Of a DNA stretch of 55,624 nucleotides, positions 23,901-34,800 are shown piece after piece. The notes under the pieces were generated by a model that was not told the origin of the DNA, did no database searches, and worked only from the letters and a program-made list of their open reading frames with translations. The stretch comes from Rhizaria sp. SCN 62-66 (Eukaryota): NCBI GenBank assembly GCA_001724265.1, contig MEDY01000182.1:1-55624 (forward strand), written 5' to 3'. Position 1 is the first letter of the stretch. Every line of letters begins with the position of its first letter. The translations under genes and the position numbers were made by a program.

Positions 23901-26553
23901 CTGGTGATGATGACACCGCTACCGATGACGCACCTGGTGCTGATTACGGCAACTTTCCCCAAGGCAGCCGCGACGCATCTCCCGAGCGCAGCTTTGCGTC
24001 CCCTGTGCACCGCCACTCGCCACCTGACCGCCGCCACTCGACGCGTTCTCGCCCGCGCACGACCACAAAGAACAGTGACGGCAGCGTCAATGCTGTTATG
24101 AGCGATAACGCAACCGCTGTAGCGACGCTTGACACTGAGTTCGCTGCCGCTGCGTCTGCCTTGCTTGCGATCGCGCCGCTGCCCGCAGTCACGTCGACTC
24201 AGTCTGTGGTCGCCACCGCGAGTACAGTGAGCGCCGTGCCCGCAACGCCGACGCTGCCGAAGCCCGTGTCGTCATCTCCCGACTCGTCATCGAATGGCAT
24301 GCTTAGTCCTGCAGCGCGCTCGCAGTTGCGCCTGCTCCGCAAAAAGCTCACGCCGCCCACAAACAACAGCACTAACCCTGCTGAGACTGGATCTAAGCCC
24401 GTCGGCGCTGTCTCGCACTCAACTGCGCCTCAGCCTGCCGAGATGGCTCCCCTGACAGATGTTGCTAAACTTTCTGGTGCGAAGTGGCGCGCTGCGTTAG
24501 AGGCGGTCGCTTTTGGCGATGTTGATGAGGGTGCCGCAGTTGAGGCCGAGATCGAGTCTGAATACGCAGAACTATATCAGCGTAGCAACGATACTTACAC
24601 TAACAGTGTCAACCACGAGCACAACGCACAGTCACAACACTTACATCTGCGCTCACGGTCGCGGTCGCGGTCTCGTACTCGGGTCAATCTGGCTCAGCTT
24701 GATGACTACTCGCACTCGCGCTCGCGCTCACGCTCACAGTTGCAGTCTCGGTCTAGATCGCAGTCACGCTCGCAGTCGGTGACTCCCCGTATGGGTGCTT
24801 TGGTCGCGCAGATGGCCGAGCTCGAGCTTACTGCTGGCGGCTTAGGCAACATGACATCCCCGCGCCGGCGTAGCTATATCTCATCTCTGAACAACACGGC
24901 GGAGAATGCAGGTGCCGTCGACAATGGCTTGGAATCGATGCAGCTGCCGACAGTCAATAGCTACCGTGAGCTTGACGACGCTGATAGCGATGAGACTCGT
25001 GAGCATGCTGATGTCAATGACAGTGCGACTAGTGCAACTTCTGGGAACAGTACAGTACAGCTCCGGTGTTTGCTTCGCTGGCAACGTGCTCGTCCTAATA
25101 CTGCAACTGTCAGTGCTACTAATAGCGCCCTGGCTTCTACCGCAGTCTCAAGTGTTGGCCAGTCGCCGCGCCGTCACTCCGCGGTCAACACTCCCCGCCG
25201 TCCGCACACAGCGCCAAGCAACGTGCACGGTGAAACGTGTGCGATGTCGCCGCGTGGCCACAGCAGCTCTCCGAACGCGAGCACCAACCGCAGTGCAAAC
25301 AGCGAGGGAGTTGTGTCGATACCACTGACACGGTCGCAGCACGTCGACGGCGCTGACACATCTAAGTACCTTTCTTCGGGGTACTTAGACTGGGTTAGCG
25401 CTCTCATTCATCACCCTCGCGCCAACAGCACGAGCGCCAGCGTGGTTGACATGAGCAACAGCGATACTTGCAGTGAGAGCAACGTTGCCAATATGCAGTC
25501 GATGCCTGCCACGAGCACTGAGCCCGTGTTCCGCAACCGCGTCATCTACCCCTTCGCGCGCCACAGCGTCAGCTCCACTCTTGCCCGTTCGCGCCCGCTG
25601 CTGCTGCTCCTACAGACCAACGGACCCGCGCCGGACCTACTCTCGGTCCGCGTGCTCTACGGCGGCAAGCAGAGCGCGCAGCTGGCGCAGACCGCGCGCC
25701 TCTGGCCCATCCCGGTCCCGCCCTCTCTGCAGGACGCGAACCTCGCTCGCCTCGCGTCCGGTGACAGTCTTGTCGCGGTTGAGGTGCCCACGGTCGTGAC
25801 TCTGCCTGGTGAGAGCGCTGGGAACGGTGGCTGGGCGGTCCCGACTGGCATCTACCTCGAATTCGACAGGGCTAACCCGCTTAACGCGCTGGTACGTCTA
25901 ATGCACACCTGCTAGGAAGGATTTATTACGATGCCCCTATAATCTATTTATATGTATCTATACTCATGTCTTTTTTTATTGCTCACTCCTTATCACTCCA
26001 TTTTTGTGTGTGTATCTTTTAGACTGTGTTTCAAGGCCCGTCCAGCGCTCTCGACAGCTTGCAAACGCTGTCGGCCGCCGCGGTGACTCAATTCATCGCC
26101 ACTGCATCTGCGAACAAGGCGAAGCCTCAGCCCGTGCGCGCTCAGACGCAGCGTGCTGGGGTTCACTCTAACGTCGCGACACCGTTGCAGTCTGCCAGGC
26201 GGCCTGCACAGTATGGCGATGCGGGGGCGAATAAGGAGAACAGTGTGACAACGATTATGGTGCCGGCGTCGGCTCGCAAGCCAACATTGGGCAGTAACAA
26301 CACGGTGAGCGTTATTCGCGACACTGCTGCCTCGAGTAAGACTGTTAAGAATCTCGACGATAACGCTACTGCACGCACACCGATGCGCACGCTCTCGAAC
26401 GCGAACTCCAACGCAAACAGCGTTAGCACCAACTTCACGAACAGCAACGGCATGACTACTCCACGGAAGACGGTTAATGTTGCCATCAGCAACAGCACTC
26501 AAAAGAACACCAACAGCATCACTCTCAACAGTGCGCGCAAGGCATGGTTATAA
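19381..26553 (+). CDS. NIMA-related (NEK-family) Ser/Thr kinase with a long low-complexity tail; exons 19381-19671, 19838-25891 (in-frame TAGs at 20084 and 21125), 26023-26553; about 2291 aa
   Basis: Kinase motifs IGRGTYG, YALK, HRDVKPSNIF, KLGDLG (DLG occurs in NEKs), GTPLYYAP, DIWSLGCVAYELATLAPPF and MLEKDPQRRPTA. ORF pieces 19877, 20303 and 21230 share one frame and are separated only by TAG. Stop TAA. Confidence 0.88.
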
Positions 26554-26670
26554 GATCATCTGCGACACTAATGTATTCTTGCTCGGGAATCGTAATCATG
26601 GTTGACGAGTGAGCTCGTGCTCGTTTACTTGGATGTGGGATTTAAGTTTAATTAATGCACAGATTCTTGT

Positions 26671-29600
26671 TTAACTTAAGTCAGAGTACTGGCTGTTGTC
26701 GTTGTTGACATCAACGCTGCCACTCGCCGTTTCCGCGCCGACAGCAGTTGTGTTGACTGCCGCTGTTGTGATGTTATCGCTGTCAGTCATCGGCACTGTG
26801 TTGCTGCCGACACTATCACCCACACTTGCAGCTGCGCTTTCGTTTGCAGTATTTTGCGCGCTGCTCGTGTTTGTTGTGTGAAGGTTGTCGGCTCTGGTGT
26901 TCGTACCTATAGCTGGCTCCGTTGCTTGTGCGGTAGGTTTGCGTTTGTACAGCGCGCCAGCACTCCCGTGAAACGATCCAATCCCGCTCGTTGGGGCGTT
27001 ATATTGTGGCTGCTGCTGCTGCTGCTGTTGCTATGAAGGCTGTTGTACAGGTTGTTGCTGCTGCTGTTGTTGGTGTTGCTGCTGCATGGCAGCTGTGTCG
27101 GTGAACGTGCTCCTGCTGGAGGCCCAGCCAGACCCAGCGCCGACAACAGGGGCAGCCACACGTGCAGGCGCTGCCGCAGCAGCCGCTGCTGCAACCGCTG
27201 CTCCCGCCTTCTGCTGATGCCGCGGTGCCTTAGTTGTCGTAGCCGCAGTTGGCACAACGCGCTGCTGCTGTTGGAGAGGATGCTGCTGCTGTGGCTGCTG
27301 TTTGGCGACGAGGCCGGACTGTAGCGGTAACAACCGTTGCATAGCCTCGACCGCGGTTGCGACTGACCCTCGACGCTGCCACCGCCACCCGCAAAGCCCC
27401 CCAACTGTCGTAGGTTGCGGAGCTTCTGGAAACTGTGCTGCGTCGATGAGCAGGCTGGCCGCGTCAGTCGTGACTGGGGTAGCTGACAGAGTGTGTGCGA
27501 CGATGTTTGCAGCAGCGTCAGCGATGGCCCTTGTCACTGAAGGGGTCGCCGTAGATGTGGTTGCTGCACTGTCATAAATGCTTGCATGTGTGCTTGTAGA
27601 AGTGCTCGCGGCACCGAAAGGCAGGATAAGCGATGACTCACGCAACGGCTAGTTGTTTTAACATATCGATCACAACGAAAATCGAGGCGTACTTTTCGTT
27701 AGACAGACAATCACGATATTACGTACGAATGATATTTTAGTTTTTTAGTTTTCACTTAGACATTTTAAGAATTTGATCTTTTAACCGCTCGTGCAATGGT
27801 AATAGAAACACTCTTTTCATATCGTACGGACCCGAATGATCGCTTCGTTCTCAGTCGCTACAATGACGTAGCGACTGATATACGGTAACTCGCGCCCGGT
27901 CGTGCCTGCTGCGGCACCGACCCAGCCAGCTCCTCCGCTGTACTCACAGTCACTCTGCGACTGGATTTGGCCTTGAGGGTCGACAAAGTGCATGTGACCC
28001 GCAGGATTGTGACTGCCCCACAGCACAGCGGCGCCGCTCTGATCCCTCGCCCTTGTCACAGCGGATGTAAGCACCCTTAGACTGGCCGACTCCACCACAA
28101 GCGCCTCACCCGACAGAGCCAGCGCGCGCAGCAGGGCTCGCCCAGCCTCCGCTTGCGCTGCCAGCGCGGCTGACCCGCCAGTGGCTTCGTCCTCGGCGTC
28201 GGCGACTGTGGCGACGGCAGCTGCAGTGAGGTCAAGCGGGGTCGTTTCATCGTTGCCGCCGGCACGAGCGCTGCCGTTTGCGGCAGCGCTGTGACCGCTT
28301 AAGCCACGGTGACTGCTACTCCAAGCACTTGATGATGTCCCGTGGGCGCTAAAGTGCCCTTGAGCAGTGTTCGCCAGTGCGCTCGCGCTCGCGAGAGACC
28401 GTGGAAATGCTCCAGGTGGCAGCAAGCCAATTGTAAGCGGCAGCGGCTATCCAGGCGCGGCAGTCACAGTGGCACCGGCTGAGATGCCAACTGCAGGCGC
28501 CAGCAAACCTGCGACGGAAACGCCGTCAGACAACGCACAGTCACGCGCCTGCGATTGCATCTTTGAGACAGATACAAAACCACTTGCTGCGCTGGCCCCA
28601 ACCCCAGCGCCAGCACTCGCGACCGCAGCGGCACTTGCACTGGCGCCAGAACCCGTGTATGCGTGTACACCTGGCGTGGTTGTTGCAGGCAAAAACGATG
28701 ACGTTGACAACGCAGCTACAGCGGCTGTGCCCCGCAGTGCGCTCGCTGTCAGCGGAACAATTGCTACCACAGGCTCCGTGAGGTACATCGTGGGTAGCAA
28801 AGAGCGGGGCAAGCGAGCGACAACGACAGCTTGTGCGGCGGCAGGCGCAGATGGCAACGCAATCGCCTCTGTAGCAGGGCTCTTGTGCACAGCATCGGTG
28901 TGACCGCTCTGGTTTGCTAGAGAGAGATCCAAGCCGTCGTTGTCACTGTCACTGCCGTCCGTATGCGTACCGACAGAAGCATCTTGCAAACTAGAGTCGG
29001 CATTGTCACGAGTATTGGATGGAATGTTCTCATTGTTCAGATAGAGTGCTTTGTCGAGAGCCGTTGCATCAAAGCTCAGGCACGATTCCTCAGAAAATGT
29101 GTCGTGTCCATCACTAAGGTAGCCGTTTTGGCTGCGTATGTCCTTCTCTGCAATTAGCGCAGCGGGTGACCCTGAGAAAGCAAGTGCTACGCCTTGAACT
29201 GACTCAGCTAAGCGGGCACGCTTACCGGTCACACTACAGTACCTGACACTGCCGCAGCCGATACCACTCACGGGCGCAAGCACGCTGGGATTGGAAATTG
29301 TTGTTGCACCTGTACTAACGGTGTCAAGCTCGTTGCTACTGCTACTACTGCTGTTTTTGCTTGCTGTTGCGCCTGCACTGCTGAATATATGTGTGGAAGT
29401 GGCTGGAAGGCGTGAGCTCGCGTGTGTATGTAAAGGCTGCCGATGACAAGCGCATAATAGAGTCTCGGTAACATTAGGCGCTGGCAGCGTTAGTGCAGAC
29501 GGTAGAAGTGTGAAGTCACAGTGAAATTCGTGCATGTTGCTGTGTGTTGCAGGAGCCTGGTCATCGGCCGCTGCGCATGAGCTGGACTAAGCACTGTTCG

Positions 29601-31331
29601 GAGCATGTGTGTCATTGTCTTGATATGGGAAATGAAGCCGGAAAAGCCGTGCAGTGCAGTCCCTACAGAAAATTAAAAAACAATGAAGAATCCAATATGG
29701 TGACTAATATTGAGAAGTATTTCTTACATGTTGAATTGTTCGTTCAAACCTGTGCTTAAACCGTACGTACTGTTTGAAACGGGTCACTTCGCTCATCTGC
29801 GCAAGTGCGACCTGGTCGCTCACACAGTCAGTGATAGTACTGACTGGGTTTGACTGCGAGTAGTGGGAGCCACGGCAACGAAGGAAACCCATGCTCAGTG
29901 ACTTCTGGTCGAAGTTAGACTGCGTTGTTAAACTACCGGAACTGACGGACAATGGCTGAAAGTCAGAGTTAAACTCACCATCTGTCAGCGGCGGTAGCGT
30001 ACTCAAGAACGTATTGAAAGATCCCGCAGCCTCTATCTCACGACGCATATGTTCAGCCGTGCTACCTGATCCGCATGTGTCATACAGTGTGCCTGTACCG
30101 ATGCTCCCATTTGTGTCGTACTTTGCATCGTCAGTCTCGTTGTTGTACGCTCTTACGCTGCGACTACTCGTGTCGGTATCGCTCGTGTTTGTCGCGATGC
30201 GGCTTGACTTCAAGTAGTACTCCGCCGGCGTGGGAACAGCAAGGAAGCTCAAGCGTGTTGCAGGCGGCTCCAAACCAAACGCCCAATCATATGGACCAAC
30301 GGGTAAACTAACGCTAATGCTCGCGTGTGTGTTGCCGCTGAACCCACCCTTGCTCTTCGAGCCTCCACGTCCTGATGGTGTCGTCGTGGTGTTTGTGGGC
30401 GTGTGACTAACGGTGTTCGTATCAGCAGACACCAGACCAGGATGCATTATCGAGGACGCGGATGATGATAAACGAGTCTTGCTGGCAACTGCTGTGGCAA
30501 ACGCATTGGCTTGGCTTTGAGGCAAGAACTGGCACGCAACAGTAAGCTGCGGTTCTTGCTCATCAACAGCACCACCCGCACTCGCACTTGCAGTTGCGCT
30601 TGACCGTTGGCCTTGGGTCGGGATAGCGTTCCCATTGGTGGCATGACTGCATGTCTTTTGAACGCAGAGTAGAGGGCTAATGATGGTGGCGTTGGTACCC
30701 ACAGTCACATTCGCGGCCCACACTGCAGCACTCGCACTCGACGCCAGTGCGGCCGCAGCCAGAGCGTGGTTCCTCTGCTCTAGATACCTCGACAACTCGC
30801 GCAGGGCCTCTGGCAACAGCTCAGCGCTAGATGCAGATACCGGCGCGCCACTTCCGCTGTAAGCAGTGAGTGTCGATAGAAGTGATGTTGATGACGCTTG
30901 CGGGAGCGGTGACACCCGCAAAAAGCCGGCAGGCAGCGTGCGCGCCTTGACCGAGGCAGTAAAGTTCTTGAGGGCGGAACAGCTGTTGAACAACGACGCG
31001 CCTGGAGGAAAAACCCAGTATAACCCTCCCTCCGCCGCGGAGGGTGTAGGAGGACAAAGAAACGCGAAGGCAACGTCGACGAGCGAGCCAGGGGACGCAG
31101 ACTTGAGGATAACACATCGTGCGAAAAGAAAAGATGATAGATCCTCGGATAGAGTCTGAAAACATCGAGAGGTATGCACAAGTAATCACATGAGTGCTTG
31201 AAATAAACCGTAGATAATGAGTCGCGAGCAGTATGGTTGCGAAGACGAACCTCGAGCATCATGTTGTGGTCGGCGAGAGAGAGTGTGCTGCCGGACGCAG
31301 GAGGGCGCACATCAAGGATAATTAGATCCAT
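26671..31331 (-). CDS. Hypothetical low-complexity protein; exons 31331-31251, 31155-29771, 29662-27832, 27648-26671; in-frame TAGs at 29589-29587, 28449-28447, 27033-27031; about 1424 aa
   Basis: ORF fragments join in frame through GTNCGT-AG introns and three TAGs, ending at TAA 26673-26671. No family recognised; exon 1 is less certain. Confidence 0.65.
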
Positions 31332-31850
31332 GGCTTTCTGAGTCTTGTTAAAACAAAAAGCTTTACTATGGATGCTGAGAGCGGAGTATGTGTTTCAAGA
31401 GGTCAAAGGGATCACCTTTGGGACTGACTTGAAGAAGACGGCGCGAAACGACTGTGTGCGAACAACAAAATCCAGAATACACACGGATAAAAACAGCCAT
31501 ATAATTAGACACCAACACAATACTATGTCACTATGTGTTGGGTAATTTATCCAGCTGTTGACCTTTCTGTCGGCCCACACTTTAAGTTGGAAGACGAATA
31601 GTTTTATGCGACGACTGATTTTTCAAGTTGGAACGGAACGACTGTGAGCACTTGAGACCAGAAAAGAATACGTTGATATATCTTCTTTGCTATCGTCAAT
31701 AGCGCTAAAACTTGTGCAGAAAGTTTCAATTAAACCAAACTCTTTCCTTCTTCAACCTCACAGTTATCAATTCTATTCCTATCGCACACTTGCCGCTCGC
31801 ATAACAGCCGGAAGCATCGAAAGGACGTAGGCCCGCTCTTCTTTGCCGCC

Positions 31851-34800
31851 ATGGCTTTCTTCGATGCCATGGGCAACGCCATGTGCCGCCTCATTGCCAC
31901 GTTAGATAGCAACAAGCCGGCAGCTCAGTACCCCGCTGTCATTGCCGCTAGCGAAATCGTTGGCGCTCTTGATCTCGCTTCGCCGTCATCCGAAGTCCAG
32001 GCAGCGTCGCCTGTTGCAAGCACTTTAACACTAAACTTGTGCGGGGCCTCGGGGGAGCTCGCACGTGCAGCACAGATTCTGCTAGACGCACATGTGTGTT
32101 TGGCTCCTGTTACCTTGGCACTTCCTGTTGTATTTCATGCTGACCGTAACACTCATTCAAGCGACTGCGTAACTAACTCCAGCTACAACGCGAGCGTTGA
32201 CAACTCGAGCTCCAGCTCCTTGTCATCAGCACATCCAACAACAAATCGGTACTTGTAGCCTTGCCTTGCGTTGCGCCAGCAGTTCCCGCTGTCGCTTCCG
32301 AGTTAGCATAACCAGCTGCGACAGCAAGCGCTGGTGCACACTCAGGCGCAGCGGCGCGCAAACGACGCTGGTCCCGAGGCGACTGCAAAGCTTGCAAAGG
32401 CCCGCGCAGAGGCAGAATCGCAACTGCGGGTAACTGTTAACAGCAGCACTATTGCCCCACATTTTTACGCGTTTCGCTACTACGCAAATCCTAGCACTCA
32501 CGGCACAGATTTCAGGAGTCAAACTACTTCGGCTGATGATGGTGTAACGGTTTCAGCGGTGGCGGCGGCAGCCGCAGCAGCTGGGCGCGTGCTGGTACCC
32601 CTGCCGTCTGTTACCGAGTGGCTGCAAAGCAAGAGCAACATGGGTCGTGTCGTTTCTGCTTCTTGCAGCTCATCGCAGCTATTGTCGTACAGCTCTCGCG
32701 TGGTCGTGAGTTACAGTGCGGGCGATGCCGCTTTGTGTTGCAACGTTGGCTGCAGCAGCCAAGAAGAGGCTGACGCCGAGGCGGAGGCTGTTATTGCAGC
32801 TGATATTGCACGGGAGCAAATGGAGCTAAAGCGGGCATCAGACGTGTCTAAAGGGACAGTTCATTGTTACACAGTAGCCTCACTTGCGGCATACGGCCCC
32901 TCACGTGCGACTGCAGCTTATGACGCGCGCCACGGTCATGGCGGCATTACTAACAGTAGTGGCCCAGGACACAACAACACGGGCTTAAACTCGAGCGGTG
33001 TTTGTACAACAGCAGAGAGCGAGGGCGACGCCAACAGCAGTTTACTGCAGCTGAACAGCCGATTGCAGTCACAGATGCAACATGAGCAGCAGCGGCAACT
33101 CCAGCTACTTGACTACCATCAGCAACGATTGTACCTCCGGCAACAGCAACAAAGCGCAAGTGATATTAAGTCCTCGTCATGGTTCCTATCGCGTGTGAAG
33201 TCCTTTTTCTCTTTCAGCAATGATAATAATACTAGCAGTGGTTGTTTGACTGACGGAAGCAGCGGTGACAGAAACCATGGCAAGAACGTCACATATCAGT
33301 CCCACGTCGCTGCCAGTGCGCTAGGTCTGGCGAATGTTTTTAGTCAACGTGCCAACTTAGCTGTGGGCGGCGGGCCACCGCGCGATGCAAGTGGTGGACT
33401 TGGTAGAATTGACCGTGAGCATTGCCAGATTCAGCAAGACGAAGAGGAAGAAGATGGCCTCTATAAGGGTGACAAGGGTGAAGGGCTACGGTTGCAACCG
33501 CCTCTGAAGTCCCACCAAAATGGAAATCTGCAGTCGCCGCCAAAGTCACAGCCCTATTCACGGTCACAGTCACCGTCATCACTGCCACCACCCTCTTCTC
33601 ACAGTGGCTCGCGCGCGCTATTGCAGCGGCAGTTAACACCGAGTTGTACGTCTCAGTCCACTGCAAGCCCTCTGTCGCGCGTTAGCCACATTCACTCTGA
33701 CATCGTATCAGGCGCCGCAGCCGGCGGTCATCCCGCCAGCTCAAGCAGTCTTAGACAGTTTGAGGTTGAGCTTACTGCGCAACGGCTGGCCGCGACAGAT
33801 GGTGTTATTGTGATCGAAGGGCGCCGCTTTTACACCAAGCCTATTCCAGCATCTTTGTTGCCCCAGCAGCAACAACAGCAAGAGAAACCTTAGCAGCATG
33901 AGTGCAAAAGTGGTGACGCAGTGACAGCGCTTAAGACTCAAAACCCCGGTCTTGCGCTTGCTATCGAGCTAAACAATAGTTTGAAAAGCTTTGGCAATGG
34001 TAGCAGCGGCGCGCCTAATAACGGGAGTGGTGCGGGCAAGAGCCCCGCTGTGGGGCAGCAGTTGACTGCTGCAATGTCGGTTGCGCAGGCTTGTGCTGGC
34101 ACGCACCCGGGCCTGTCGCTTGCATCGATTGCTGTTAGTGGGGCACTCAAAGCTGTCTGCGCTCACAGCGACATTAATAATAACATGAACATGGGTGTGA
34201 AAGGTTTTCCTAGTCTTGTTAGAGCTCCGAGTGCTGCAGGCCTTGTGGTTAATGTTTCTAGCGTTGCATCTGTAGCAGCTAATAGTGCAGTTAGTGCAAA
34301 GGCACCAAGTCTATCCACGCCTGTTGCAAATGACGCTCAAGCAGCGACGTTACGCCGCGGAGTGCACACAGGTACTGAGCACATTGAAGGCCTCTCACAG
34401 TTACCGAAGCACCTGCCTCCTGCAATCCCCTTGCATTTACCGCCGGGTGCATGCCAACTGCTGAAACCGCTTCCATCCCTCATAAACTACATTGATCCTG
34501 ACATGACAAGCTTGACCAGAGGCATGTGCATGAGTACAAGTACGGTGGAAGTGCTCACGGCAACTGAAACGACTGTGACGCCTCCGGGCACCACGACGCG
34601 CTTTAGCGTTGACGATGCCCGCACTGTCGCTACTGCTATTGAGCAAGCTTGCGCGGAGGCAGAAGCAGCGGCAATAGACACAGTGGCATCCGTTGCAGCT
34701 GCTCTTACCTGTGGTAACTGTGCGGCATACTCTAACTCAAGTGCTGCAAGCACTCGCATTGACCGCAACATTGACAGCGCCGTAAGTGACGCTAGCGCTA

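Noticed and set aside
25913-25915. TAG ending ORF 21230-25915 as a true terminator
   Set aside because: It lies inside the GTACGT...TTTAG intron 25892-26022; the gene continues to TAA at 26553.
18290-33893. Internal TAGs as pseudogenisation or random sequencing error
   Set aside because: All nine are TAG, with no TAA, TGA or frameshifts across more than 9,000 codons in four genes, and the conserved domains and splice sites are intact. Read-level confirmation is still needed.
18290-33893. A-to-I editing (UAG to UGG, Trp), pyrrolysine, or programmed leaky read-through
   Set aside because: Trp fits neither poly-Q nor the APE position. Pyrrolysine is not known in eukaryotes. The 3' contexts share no read-through motif beyond a frequent C. 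Three TAGs in one gene would make leaky read-through very inefficient.
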